The position numbers and the translations under genes are program-made. The notes under the pieces were generated by a model. The model was not told the origin of the DNA and did no database searches. It saw only the letters and a list, made by a program, of their open reading frames with translations. From an uncultured Candidatus Saccharibacteria bacterium (GTDB taxonomy: Bacteria > Patescibacteriota > Minisyncoccia > Phycocordibacterales > UBA918), in the NCBI GenBank assembly GCA_964649535.1, contig CAZYTF010000001.1:1521-65520 (forward strand): a stretch of DNA of 64,000 nucleotides, written 5' to 3'. Position 1 is the stretch's first letter, and each line of letters opens with the position of its first letter. This document shows positions 50,074 to 59,264 of the stretch, piece by piece.

Positions 50074-50679
50074 ATGTCACGAAAACCACATCAAGAACGA
50101 TCGCTGATCATTCTTAAGCCAGATGCAGTACAGCGATCACTTATGGGTGAGATTATTGGTCGTTTTGAGCGAAAAGGACTTAAGTTCGTTGCATTTAAAT
50201 TTGTCACTCCTGATGCAGATCATCTTTTTGCACATTATAATAAAGATGACGCGTGGTTTGAAAAGAAGGGTGCAAATATGATTCAAAACCTTAAGGATCA
50301 AGGGAAAAAAGAGGAAAAAAGTGCACTTGAGTACGGTAAGGATATTATCCGAGCAGTAATTAAAGAAATGCAACAATCACCAGTTCTTGCTATCGTGGTT
50401 GAGGGAAATGGTGCGATTGATCAGGTTACAAAACTAGTAGGGACAACAGAGCCTGCAACTGCTGACATTGGAACTATCCGTGGTGACTTCACTATTGATA
50501 CCTACTCACATTCAACCTATGAAGATCGCTCAATTCGAAATCTTATCCACTGCTCAGACGTACCCGAAGAGGCAGAGCGTGAGATTGCACTCTGGTTCGA
50601 TGAGTCAGAAATTATGGACTACACGACTGCACAGGAGCGTATTATGTACAATACACATTTTGATGGAGAGAAGGCATAA
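50074..50679 (+). CDS. ndk: Nucleoside diphosphate kinase with a roughly 40-aa insertion
   Basis: LIILKPDAVQR, GTIRGDF and an NxxH..D active site. Insert NKDDAWFEKKGANMIQNL...EMQ between the Kpn loop-like regions. Confidence 0.85.
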   Translation: MSRKPHQERSLIILKPDAVQRSLMGEIIGRFERKGLKFVAFKFVTPDADHLFAHYNKDDAWFEKKGANMIQNLKDQGKKEEKSALEYGKDIIRAVIKEMQQSPVLAIVVEGNGAIDQVTKLVGTTEPATADIGTIRGDFTIDTYSHSTYEDRSIRNLIHCSDVPEEAEREIALWFDESEIMDYTTAQERIMYNTHFDGEKA

Positions 50680-50685
50680 AGTCTA

Positions 50686-50722
50686 AAAACGCTGTGGTCT
50701 TTAGACCACAGCGTTTTTTTTT
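50686..50722 (+). terminator. Intrinsic terminator after ndk
   Basis: aaaaacgctgtggtc-ttta-gaccacagcgttttttttt. Confidence 0.65.
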
Positions 50723-50961
50723 GTTTTTCTTTGAGTCTCAAAACACTCAATGATATACTATACATGGGACCACTTTACGTATGTTCCGATTAAATATTTT
50801 TGCAGGGCTGCCTGAACTCGCGGGAAATAATGAGAACCGTGCAGTATATGTACAGATTTCAGACATGACTCGGATAGGGTGCCCACCTGGAATTCCCAGG
50901 AGCATACGTCGTGGTTCCCACGATAAAACCCCACAGCGTGGGGTTTTATCGTGTTAATATA

Positions 50962-51351
50962 ATGACACAGTTTATGTTGCAACTTACTACCATCTTTTTT
51001 CTCATTTCATTTTCCATGCTTGCGGGTATTCACTATATTGCAGGGCATCTCTTTTTATATTGGAGGTTGCCGTGGTTTGATATTCCGATGCATCTTTTTG
51101 GAGGGATGGTTGTAGCGCTGGGTTTTTTCGCACTTCGAGATTTGCGTTTGTTCCGAGATTCGTTTCTTCGACCGGTAGTGGTTGTAGCGTTGGTGCTCGG
51201 GGTAGCTCTGATCTGGGAATTATTTGAAGTAGTTATAGGGATGCCAATTGACGCAGGTTATGTACTCGATACAGGAACTGATATTTGCATGGGTCTCCTG
51301 GGAGGATATTTGGGATATTTTGTTGGAAATAGTTTAAGAAGTTTACATTGA
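50962..51351 (+). CDS. Small membrane protein
   Basis: Four predicted TM helices. The 5' part of the listed ORF overlaps a palindromic terminator, so the start is set at ATG 50962. Confidence 0.4.
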   Translation: MTQFMLQLTTIFFLISFSMLAGIHYIAGHLFLYWRLPWFDIPMHLFGGMVVALGFFALRDLRLFRDSFLRPVVVVALVLGVALIWELFEVVIGMPIDAGYVLDTGTDICMGLLGGYLGYFVGNSLRSLH

Positions 51352-51352
51352 T

Positions 51353-52714
51353 ATGTCTTCAGTTTTAGGTTTTTATGGAGGAGTTGGAAGCGTCACTGGG
51401 GCTAATTTTATGCTCGATACTGGGGATGTTTCACTTTTGGTTGATTGTGGACTTGTACAAGGTGATCGCTTTGCTCAACAAGTGAATGCTGATCCTTTCG
51501 TATATAATCCAGCAGATATTGATGTGTTGCTTGTGACACACGCGCATGCCGACCATATAGGACGCATTCCAAAGCTTGTGAAAGATGGTTTTAAAGGCAT
51601 TATTTATTCTACTGAACCAACTCGCGATTTTTCAAGTATTATGTTGCGCGATGCACTTAAGGTTATGCAATACGAAAAAGAGCGGTATGGAAATGAGGTG
51701 CTGTACGGTGGAAGTGACATAGATGCCGCACTATCGCTATGGAAATCCGTTCCTTATAATGAAGCTATTCAGCTTGGAGAAGGGCTCACCGCCTACTACA
51801 CAGACGTTGGTCATATTCTTGGTTCAGGTCTTGTACATATTGAGCGTAATGGGAAGAAGATAATTTTCACAGGAGACATCGGCAATAAACCGCAACCGCT
51901 CCTTGCTCCTCCAGTTATACCAAAAGATTACGACTATATCGTGATGGAAAGTGTCTATGGGGACCGTCAGCATGAACAAGTTGAGGAGCGCACTGAGCTT
52001 TTAAAGGGATATATCGAGGAGGCTCGTCGCAAGAAGGGCACGCTAATCATTCCCGCATTCTCACTTGAGCGGACGCAAGGAATGCTACTTGAGATAAACA
52101 ATCTTGTCGAAAGTGGGGAGATAGAGCCCTTGCCAGTTTTTCTTGATTCGCCATTGGCGATTTCAGTTACTGAAATGTATCGCAAATATCCTCAGTATTT
52201 AAAGCCTGAAGTGCAGGAGCAAATTAAAAATGGAGATGACATTTTTGATTTTGAAGGGCTCTCGTTCACACGAACAGTTAAGGATTCACAAGACATTGGA
52301 AAAGAGAAAGGAGCAAAAATTATTATTGCGGGGAGTGGCATGAGTCATGGAGGTCGTATCCGTGGGCACGAGAAGCGTTATCTTGATGATCCGAGCACGA
52401 TATTGTTGCTTGTGGGGTATCAGTCAGTCGGAAGTCTCGGTCGCCTGCTCCAGGATGGTGCACAAAAAGTGCGTATTGATGAAGATTTCGTGAAAGTAAA
52501 AGCTCGCGTTGCACAAATTCGTGGGTATTCAGGACATGCTGATCGAGATCAATTACTTGAGTTTATTGCCGAAGGTGGTGAAAAGGCTAAGCAAGTGTTC
52601 GTCACAATGGGAGAGGAACATGCCTCATTATTTTTAGTACAACGACTCCGTGATTATCTAGGACTGAATGCTACAGCTCCATCATTAAATGATGAAGTTG
52701 AAATTGATTTTTAA
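51353..52714 (+). CDS. Beta-CASP family MBL-fold ribonuclease (CPSF/RNase J-like)
   Basis: MBL motifs (HAHADHIG, D, H) followed by beta-CASP and an RNA-specificity C-terminal region. 453 aa. Confidence 0.7.
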   Translation: MSSVLGFYGGVGSVTGANFMLDTGDVSLLVDCGLVQGDRFAQQVNADPFVYNPADIDVLLVTHAHADHIGRIPKLVKDGFKGIIYSTEPTRDFSSIMLRDALKVMQYEKERYGNEVLYGGSDIDAALSLWKSVPYNEAIQLGEGLTAYYTDVGHILGSGLVHIERNGKKIIFTGDIGNKPQPLLAPPVIPKDYDYIVMESVYGDRQHEQVEERTELLKGYIEEARRKKGTLIIPAFSLERTQGMLLEINNLVESGEIEPLPVFLDSPLAISVTEMYRKYPQYLKPEVQEQIKNGDDIFDFEGLSFTRTVKDSQDIGKEKGAKIIIAGSGMSHGGRIRGHEKRYLDDPSTILLLVGYQSVGSLGRLLQDGAQKVRIDEDFVKVKARVAQIRGYSGHADRDQLLEFIAEGGEKAKQVFVTMGEEHASLFLVQRLRDYLGLNATAPSLNDEVEIDF

Positions 52715-52849
52715 AAATGAACAAAGGAGTGTGACTATTATTGTAAATTTTGTTCCGAACTCGCCGCTGCCGTAGGGCAAATTCCTGGAGTACTCAAATT
52801 TACTTATTTTTTAAAATATTCTTTTATGTAAAGTATTGGTCATGCAACA

Positions 52850-52883
52850 AAAAGAGCGGCGCCTTTGGCGCCGCTCTTTTTGT
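52850..52883. terminator. Bidirectional terminator between the beta-CASP gene and rplT
   Basis: agagcggcgcc-tttg-gcgccgctct, flanked by A/T runs. Confidence 0.6.
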
Positions 52884-52890
52884 ATCTCTG

Positions 52891-53235
52891 CTACTTAGTC
52901 TGTTCAATAACTCGTGCAAATGATTCAGGGTTTTCTTTTGCGAGAGTCGCAAGTACCTTTCGGTTCAGTCCAATTTCTTTGTCAGAAAGTGCCTTGATAA
53001 AGCGACTGTACTTCATGTCATAATTTTGAAGTGCAGCATTGATTCGCGTTGTCCAAAGACGACGGAAGTCACCTTTCTTATCTTTACGGTGATCAAAGGC
53101 GTGAAGTTGTGCATGGTATATCGCCTCACGTGCCTCACGTTTCTTGGTGCTGCGACCAAATCTGTAGCCTTTAACTTGTTCGAGAATATTTCGACGACGC
53201 TTTTGCGCCATGATTCCTCCTTTTACTCGTGACAT
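52891..53235 (-). CDS. rplT: 50S ribosomal protein L20
   Basis: RVKGG..AQKRRRNILEQVKGYRF...RRLWTTRINAA. Confidence 0.95.
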   Translation of the reverse strand: MSRVKGGIMAQKRRRNILEQVKGYRFGRSTKKREAREAIYHAQLHAFDHRKDKKGDFRRLWTTRINAALQNYDMKYSRFIKALSDKEIGLNRKVLATLAKENPESFARVIEQTK

Positions 53236-53261
53236 AATTGTGTAATTAGCTAATAAAATAC

Positions 53262-53453
53262 TTACGCACCTGTACCTGGCAGAAAACGACGTGTAATCCG
53301 CTTTGAAAGTGTCAGTAATTGTGTACGCTTTCGACGTAATCGTTGCTGACCTGTTTGTCGAGCATTAAAGTGATTTTGGCCTGGCTTTCGAGCAACAAGC
53401 TTCCCATTTTTGGTCACTTTAATCCGTTTTGTGTATGACTTGTTTGTTTTCAT
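53262..53453 (-). CDS. rpmI: 50S ribosomal protein L35
   Basis: 63-aa basic protein, KTNKSYTKRIKVTKNGKL. Confidence 0.9.
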   Translation of the reverse strand: MKTNKSYTKRIKVTKNGKLVARKPGQNHFNARQTGQQRLRRKRTQLLTLSKRITRRFLPGTGA

Positions 53454-53572
53454 AATATTCGCTTTATAGGCAAAAAGTGGTGCAAATATAACCTATTTTG
53501 GTTTGTTTGTCCACTCTTTTTAGATTCCAAAAGAGTAATTATTGGAATTGATATATGCAAGGGTCGAAATGA

Positions 53573-54244
53573 TTAGACCATTCCGTCCTCAAGAAGTTCG
53601 TCGAGAGACTTTTTCTTTGACTTCGTGCCCCCTGAAGCTTCATTTACTTTCTCAACATCTTTCGGCTTTTCGTCATCTTTAATAATCTTAGGTCCTTTTA
53701 CGCTTTTCCCTAGTCGCTCAAGTGTGCACGTAAATCCTTTAGGGCTTTTTTTAATCTCGTCTGCAAGTTTATATTCTGCTGGAATAATCTTAAGAAACCG
53801 TTCGAGTCGTTCTTTGAGGAACGCTGGCTCCATGTATTTGTATCTGCCCCAGAGGAATAGGTCTACTTTTACGCGGTGACCATCGTTCAGCCATTCGGAA
53901 GCGCGCTTTGCTTTGAGTGCCTGGTCGTGCTCTCCAGTTCCTATCTTCACTTGCACGCTCTTTGTTTCAGTGACATGAGACTTTGCTTTCACCTCACTTG
54001 CTTTACGCTTTGTTTCGTACCGGTATTGGCCGAAATCCATTATCTTTGCTACTGGAGGATTTGCTTTTGGGGAAATTTCAATAAGATCAAGGTTTGCTTC
54101 GTCAGCTGCTTTGAGCGCTTCTTCACGTGTGATAACGCCAAGATTTTCGCCAGACCCACCAATAACACGCATTTCTTTTGCGCGAATAGCGTCATTAATA
54201 CGTGTCCTGTTATCTGGTCTGAATGGTCTCTGTGGTTTGCTCAA
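53573..54244 (-). CDS. infC: Translation initiation factor IF-3 with a Lys-rich C-terminal extension
   Basis: RINDAIRAKEMRVIG...EEALKAADEANLDLIEISP. Non-ATG (TTG) start, as is common for infC. Confidence 0.9.
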   Translation of the reverse strand: MSKPQRPFRPDNRTRINDAIRAKEMRVIGGSGENLGVITREEALKAADEANLDLIEISPKANPPVAKIMDFGQYRYETKRKASEVKAKSHVTETKSVQVKIGTGEHDQALKAKRASEWLNDGHRVKVDLFLWGRYKYMEPAFLKERLERFLKIIPAEYKLADEIKKSPKGFTCTLERLGKSVKGPKIIKDDEKPKDVEKVNEASGGTKSKKKSLDELLEDGMV

Positions 54245-54385
54245 GTTTGTTTGATCTTATGTAGTAAATTGCAGTGGGGACTGCGTATGCAAAAAACGGC
54301 CCTAACCGCTTTTCCCAATACACTAACTATTGGTGCATGAAATGTACCACATATATGTATAAAAATGAAGGTGGGGACGATTTAA

Positions 54386-54820
54386 TTAGCCTAAAAATTT
54401 TGCTGCTGTGTAGGCACCTATCCAGCCTGTTGTCGAAATAATTCCGCTCACAATAAGAATTAGTTTTTCGTTTTTTGACAGAGATGAAAATGGTTGTTCT
54501 TGTGCCAAACGCATATGCTTCCCAATAAAAATAGCATTAACCACCAGCATCACAATAAAGAGTATTTTTAATCTAAAAGCAGTGAGAGACAGGAGATACG
54601 CTGGATATGTCGAGAACATTAAAGCTCCAGCTATGATTGTAATAATTAATCCAATCCATATAGCTGTGTGTAGATAGGACATGCGCTTTTGGGGAAGTGT
54701 GTGCATTTTTCCAAAAAGCCACAACGCACCATGTGCATCAGCAATGATGACTAGTAAAAGGGTGAGTGTTACAGAGAACACGTGGATAGGGAGAAGTGGT
54801 AGTGAAAATATAAAATCCAT
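54386..54820 (-). CDS. Membrane protein, unknown function
   Basis: 144 aa with four TM helices. Confidence 0.45.
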   Translation of the reverse strand: MDFIFSLPLLPIHVFSVTLTLLLVIIADAHGALWLFGKMHTLPQKRMSYLHTAIWIGLIITIIAGALMFSTYPAYLLSLTAFRLKILFIVMLVVNAIFIGKHMRLAQEQPFSSLSKNEKLILIVSGIISTTGWIGAYTAAKFLG

Positions 54821-54919
54821 TCCGTATAGTATATCGTATAGTTTTATGTACGCTAATTAATCAATGTACTTGTGAGAGAAAGTGGAAAGCATGTGCATCT
54901 TAGGTGTGGTTAATGGAGT

Positions 54920-55363
54920 TTAAGATAATTTCTTTTGATGACAGGTGGTACATTTACAACCCCCAGGACCAATAATGTCTCTCATGTAGTCTTTCCCGTA
55001 ATTGTAAGTAAACTCCTCCCCAGCTTTAATATTTTTGCAAGCCCGAATATAAATTCGGTCGTCATCTTCATCATGCTCGGCTTCGCAATTTGGCTTGCAT
55101 GCATGATTTATATAGCGTGCTGTGTTTTTTCTGTTTTTGCCATCAATTACGAGCGTGTCAGTAACTTCGAAAAGATATCTCCCCCCTCGTCGGTTTGCTT
55201 CATCTTCACTAATTCTGTCCCCTGTATACTCAATAATGAGTTGTTCTTTTTGTATAGCTTCCCCGGCAAAAAGACCCAAGCCAGCACTCGATCGTTTTAC
55301 GCTAACCTTCGGTCGGTATAAATCGTCAAACATAATGCGGTTGAGTATAGCAAACAAAAACAT
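54920..55363 (-). CDS. SET-domain protein (putative lysine methyltransferase) with a post-SET Cys cluster
   Basis: GLGLFAGEAIQKEQLIIEYTG, RYINHACKPNC and EEFTYNYG are the SET signatures. C-terminus CKCTTC. Confidence 0.75.
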   Translation of the reverse strand: MFLFAILNRIMFDDLYRPKVSVKRSSAGLGLFAGEAIQKEQLIIEYTGDRISEDEANRRGGRYLFEVTDTLVIDGKNRKNTARYINHACKPNCEAEHDEDDDRIYIRACKNIKAGEEFTYNYGKDYMRDIIGPGGCKCTTCHQKKLS

Positions 55364-55374
55364 CTCTCACAGGG

Positions 55375-55402
55375 TTGACTGTAAAATTGTGTATTGTACA
55401 CT
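55375..55402 (+). promoter_or_regulatory. Sigma70-like promoter for the NrtR-like gene (near-leaderless)
   Basis: TTGACT, a 16-nt spacer, then TACACT, with the ATG 8 nt downstream. Confidence 0.35.
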
Positions 55403-55409
55403 AAGATAC

Positions 55410-56081
55410 ATGCATAAAGCCCCAGAAGAATTCAGATTTGCTGCAATAGCGGTAGATATTGTTGTTTTTGGTATTAAAGATAATACGCTTTGTTTGTTGC
55501 TTGACGAAGTCAACAGACCTCCTCATTATCAAAATATAGACGCTTTTATTGGTGGTCTTATTGGTGTTGATGAAACTGCAGACGATGCAGTTGTTCGTCA
55601 TTTGCGCGACAAGGCTGGTATTAAAAATGTGTATACAGAACAGCTCTATACATTTAGTAACATTAACCGTGACAAACGGAACCGAGTTATTTCAGTGAGC
55701 TATATGGCAATTGTCCGGCCAGATGTTGTTGAGCGTTATGTGCACTCGAGTGCTCACTGGACTCCTGTAGCTCCTTTATTAAAACTTGCGTATGACCATG
55801 ATGAAATGCTGAAAGTCGGCTTAGCTCGTTTGCAAGGTAAGTTGGGGTACACAACAATCGTGCAGTATCTTTTGCCTACAGAGTTTACGCTTACAGAAAT
55901 GCAACAAGTATACGAGCTTGTTACTAAAAAAGAATTTGATAAACGGAACTTCAGAAAGAAAGTGCTGGCACTAGACATTATTAAAGAGACAGGGAATGTG
56001 CAAGAGGGAGTTAAAAATAGACCTGCAGCACTCTATGTTTTCAGAAATAAAAACGTTCAAGAACTTCAATTATTTGTATAA
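55410..56081 (+). CDS. Nudix-related transcriptional regulator (NrtR-like: Nudix domain plus C-terminal winged helix)
   Basis: N-terminal Nudix fold with a degenerate box (IGGLIGVDETADDAVVRHLRDKAGI). The C-terminal roughly 90 aa resemble the NrtR wHTH. NAD-salvage genes lie nearby. Confidence 0.6.
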   Translation: MHKAPEEFRFAAIAVDIVVFGIKDNTLCLLLDEVNRPPHYQNIDAFIGGLIGVDETADDAVVRHLRDKAGIKNVYTEQLYTFSNINRDKRNRVISVSYMAIVRPDVVERYVHSSAHWTPVAPLLKLAYDHDEMLKVGLARLQGKLGYTTIVQYLLPTEFTLTEMQQVYELVTKKEFDKRNFRKKVLALDIIKETGNVQEGVKNRPAALYVFRNKNVQELQLFV

Positions 56082-56083
56082 AA

Positions 56084-56120
56084 AGAGTGCCGTCACCCAT
56101 TTATGGGTAACGGCACTTTT
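56084..56120. terminator. Bidirectional terminator
   Basis: agtgccgtcaccca-ttta-tgggtaacggcact. Confidence 0.55.
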
Positions 56121-56123
56121 GTT

Positions 56124-57113
56124 TCATGCTGCTTTAGAAGCTTTTCTAAGTACATATTTGTCAAGTACCTTTCGAGCATCAAATACAAATTGATCGGGAG
56201 GTATTTTCTCCCAGTCAGCAGCGGATGCTGTACAAGGTTCAGTTTTTCCTGGCTCGCCACTGTTCATCGTTCCAAATACTCTGGAGCGATAGAGAAGGGA
56301 GACTTTGTCACCCCGAGGGTCACGTCCGTCATTGCAAAGTGTCGTGATGAACTCGGATTCGTGTATAGACAAGCCTGTCTCTTCAAGTTGTTCCCACATC
56401 ACTGTGTTTTGAGCTGACACATGAGGGTCGATATGTCCGCCAGTGAAGGCGAAGCCGGGAGGGTTGTTCAGTCGCTTGACCATAACAAATTCACCCGACT
56501 CTGTTTCTGCAATGTTGTCTACGCAGTATGAGACATCAGCGCGCAGTGTGTTGCCGATTGTTGACAGCACACTGTACACAGGATAGTTGCCGAGCTTTGC
56601 TCCTCGTCCATTCAGGAAGGGGAGTTCGATGACGGTCATAAACGCTGCGACAGTGCCACCGAGCTTTTCAATCAAACGACATCCGGCTTCTGCAGTGCCA
56701 CCGGTCGCCAGTAAGTCATCAATGAGGACGACAGCTTTTCCGGCAAGATCCATCTCATTGAGATAAAGCTCATCGAGACCGTACTCTTTTTGATACGTGA
56801 CGAACACAGTGGGTGGTGGCAACTTCCCCTTCTTCCGAAGCTGCAAGAAGCCAATACCGAGACGTTCTGCAACTGCAGCGCCGAAGATAAAGCCACGAGC
56901 GTCAAAACCTCCGATGTAATCAATCGTACGACCGTGTTTCTTTGACCAGCTTGCGCACCGTTCTGCGAAGAGATCGGTGACAAGTGTCAAAGCACCTGGA
57001 ACTCCCGTCAGGTCTTGTGAATTCCAATAGAGTATCCCTGGCTTTGGAAAGTCGGGAATTGGAGTAAACAAATGTGGCAAGTCTTGCACAGTGAGTTTTG
57101 TCATGTTCTTCAT
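56124..57113 (-). CDS. apt: Fusion: adenine phosphoribosyltransferase (N-terminal) plus Nudix hydrolase (C-terminal)
   Basis: APRT motifs DFPKPGILYWN, ARGFIFGAAVA, VVLIDDLLATGGT. The C-terminal roughly 150 aa carry a Nudix box-like GGHIDPHVSAQNTVMWEQLEETGL. Confidence 0.75.
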   Translation of the reverse strand: MKNMTKLTVQDLPHLFTPIPDFPKPGILYWNSQDLTGVPGALTLVTDLFAERCASWSKKHGRTIDYIGGFDARGFIFGAAVAERLGIGFLQLRKKGKLPPPTVFVTYQKEYGLDELYLNEMDLAGKAVVLIDDLLATGGTAEAGCRLIEKLGGTVAAFMTVIELPFLNGRGAKLGNYPVYSVLSTIGNTLRADVSYCVDNIAETESGEFVMVKRLNNPPGFAFTGGHIDPHVSAQNTVMWEQLEETGLSIHESEFITTLCNDGRDPRGDKVSLLYRSRVFGTMNSGEPGKTEPCTASAADWEKIPPDQFVFDARKVLDKYVLRKASKAA

Positions 57114-57209
57114 CCTTTCAATGAACCATTCCGTAGCTACTGTACCTTAAGTTTTTAAAAGATAAAGCAATAGAGTACAAATCGTAACAAAAAAGATACA
57201 CTACATGAA

Positions 57210-57240
57210 ATAAAAAAAGCGGCACTGTATGTGCCGCTAC
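57210..57240 (-). terminator. Intrinsic terminator downstream of prs
   Basis: agcggcac-tgtat-gtgccgct followed by a U-run on the minus strand. Confidence 0.55.
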
Positions 57241-57271
57241 AGGCCTTCTTCTGTAAGCGTTTGAGTCTTTA

Positions 57272-58354
57272 TCAGTCAGTTGCTGCCCACTCGTCTTTAA
57301 CTCCTCCGATGCTCCCATCAACAGTGATTAGTTTTAGAACCAACTCTGCCATGAATTTTGCATAGGTGACTCGCACAATGAGTGGGTTATCCTTGTAGTA
57401 TTTTTTTTCACGCGGCAAGGTGTCCAGCGTAAAGATTTTAAATTTTGCTGCTGCTATCTTTGCTTCAGCAGAAGTCAATTTCCCCTTTTTGTCACCATCA
57501 ACGCGTTTCGGACTCATGACATTGTGTGCAACAGCACCGTAGCCTTTCTTTGCTCCCATTTTTAAGGCAAGCATGAGTGAATCTAGTAACGTTCCCATCG
57601 TACCGCCAATATCATCGTAGCCAATCATCGTGTGACTTGTATCACCTACAATTTTGATTGCCTTGCTTCCGCTTTTGTCACGACGCTTGTCAACAATGGC
57701 GATATCGAGACCGGGGTCTGTTTTTTCTGCACAATCACGTCCACGCTTTGACCCTCCAACATCCGTAGCGAGTATGCGCAAAATTCCTTCCTGAATCTCT
57801 TTTGCGAAATACTTCCTGAAAAATGGAGCAAAAATGACATGTGCAGGAATATTAAGTACTTCAATTGTGTCATAGAAGCCCGCAATTTGTGGTGCGTGCA
57901 AGTCAAAGGTGACGAGGTATTTTATGATCCCAAACCCTTCGAGTTTGCGTGCCAAGTCTTTTGCAGTAAGTGGCTGACGGTACATCGGGCGTTCTTGGCG
58001 TGAGTAGGGGAGATAGGGCGCGACGAGAAAAACCCTACCAACCCCCGATGCTTTCAGTGCCCCAAGAGCTATCTCAAGTTCTTGAATGCGGACGTTGATG
58101 TCGCCAGTAAAGTTCCTCGGAGTAAAGTCCCAAAAAAGAATTATTAGCTTGTTGCGAACATTTGGTTTGATGGTTGTGCAGAGTTCCCCGTCACTAAAGA
58201 CGTCAATGTCAATAACGCAGTCACGCGTGTATTCAATCGGGACACCTCTGTGTTGGAGCTGCCGAGCAATTTTTTTTGTGACAGGGTCCATGTTTCTGGA
58301 CGTCATTATCACAATGCCGTCTTTGCACCAGGAAAGTAGTTGGGGGATAGCCAT
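57272..58354 (-). CDS. prs: Ribose-phosphate pyrophosphokinase (PRPP synthetase) with a C-terminal extension
   Basis: VIMTSRNMDPVTKKIA, DGE, a PRPP-binding loop DKRR..SG, and DDIGGTMGT. Start at ATG 58354 with a GGAG ribosome-binding site. Confidence 0.85.
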   Translation of the reverse strand: MAIPQLLSWCKDGIVIMTSRNMDPVTKKIARQLQHRGVPIEYTRDCVIDIDVFSDGELCTTIKPNVRNKLIILFWDFTPRNFTGDINVRIQELEIALGALKASGVGRVFLVAPYLPYSRQERPMYRQPLTAKDLARKLEGFGIIKYLVTFDLHAPQIAGFYDTIEVLNIPAHVIFAPFFRKYFAKEIQEGILRILATDVGGSKRGRDCAEKTDPGLDIAIVDKRRDKSGSKAIKIVGDTSHTMIGYDDIGGTMGTLLDSLMLALKMGAKKGYGAVAHNVMSPKRVDGDKKGKLTSAEAKIAAAKFKIFTLDTLPREKKYYKDNPLIVRVTYAKFMAELVLKLITVDGSIGGVKDEWAATD

Positions 58355-58459
58355 ATCATTCTCCTTTTCAATGAACTCGTTTCTCCAATACTCTACACAA
58401 CCATGCCTAAAAGTACAGGAGTGATTGATAATTTGTAACAAAAAGAATACACTTGAATA

Positions 58460-59194
58460 ATGCAATTAAAAGACATATTTAAACGACTTGGGTACCCTAA
58501 ACATTCCGACACAATCTACGAGGTCCTTACACAAAGCAAGGAGACACTTTCGGTGTCTGCACTTGCAGAACAGTGTGGTGTTTCTCGAGTCGTTGTATAT
58601 CGCTGTGTTGAAAAACTTGAAGAGGATGATTTGATAGTGAGAGACATAGTCGGCCGCCGAACGTACTATAAAACTTCAAGTCCTCATAAACTTACGGAGG
58701 CAATGCGGTGTGTAGAAGATGAGTCAGCACAAGTGGTGAAACAACATATACAAACACGCGAAAAAGATGTGCCACACAATGTGCGATTCCTTCATGGTGC
58801 TCGTGGCATTCGCGAAGCATTTGATGATGTCATTACGCATACTAGGAAAGGGGATACATTCTTCCGATATACGTCTGAGCGAGATCTTGAAAAGGTTAAT
58901 GCCTACCTATCGAAGGAATATCGACTACAACGTGACCAGAAGAAGTTAGAGCGACTGGTAATCAGTAATCCAGTTTCTGGTACACAAAAGAAATCGAGAC
59001 TTGAACGTTTTATTAAATATATTCCTACCGACGCAGATCAGTTTGAGCACAATATTGTTGAACTAATTTACGGCAGTCGCGTCTGTATCATTGACCTCAA
59101 CCTTGAAGAAGTGATGATTATTGATAATCAGCAACTAGCAGACTTTCAAAAGGTGATATTCAAACTACTCTACAAACGCCTCTCAAACGAGTAG
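58460..59194 (+). CDS. TrmB-family transcriptional regulator
   Basis: N-terminal HTH (LSVSALAEQCGVSRVVVYRCVEKLEEDDLI) plus a TrmB-like C-terminal domain. Confidence 0.55.
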   Translation: MQLKDIFKRLGYPKHSDTIYEVLTQSKETLSVSALAEQCGVSRVVVYRCVEKLEEDDLIVRDIVGRRTYYKTSSPHKLTEAMRCVEDESAQVVKQHIQTREKDVPHNVRFLHGARGIREAFDDVITHTRKGDTFFRYTSERDLEKVNAYLSKEYRLQRDQKKLERLVISNPVSGTQKKSRLERFIKYIPTDADQFEHNIVELIYGSRVCIIDLNLEEVMIIDNQQLADFQKVIFKLLYKRLSNE

Positions 59195-59264
59195 ATATTG
59201 ACAGAAAACAAAATAATGGTATTTTACAAACAAAGAGTTTTTTGAAATTAGAAGGGAAAACACC

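Noticed and set aside
50850-50960. Overlapping ORFs on both strands translating ...KPHSVGFYR...
   Set aside because: Both arise from a perfect palindrome (aaaaccccacagcgtggggtttt), that is, a bidirectional terminator hairpin and not coding sequence.
55122-55409. First 96 aa of the 319-aa ORF containing the NrtR-like gene
   Set aside because: Overlaps the SET-domain gene on the other strand. The Nudix homology and a promoter-like element point to the ATG at 55410.
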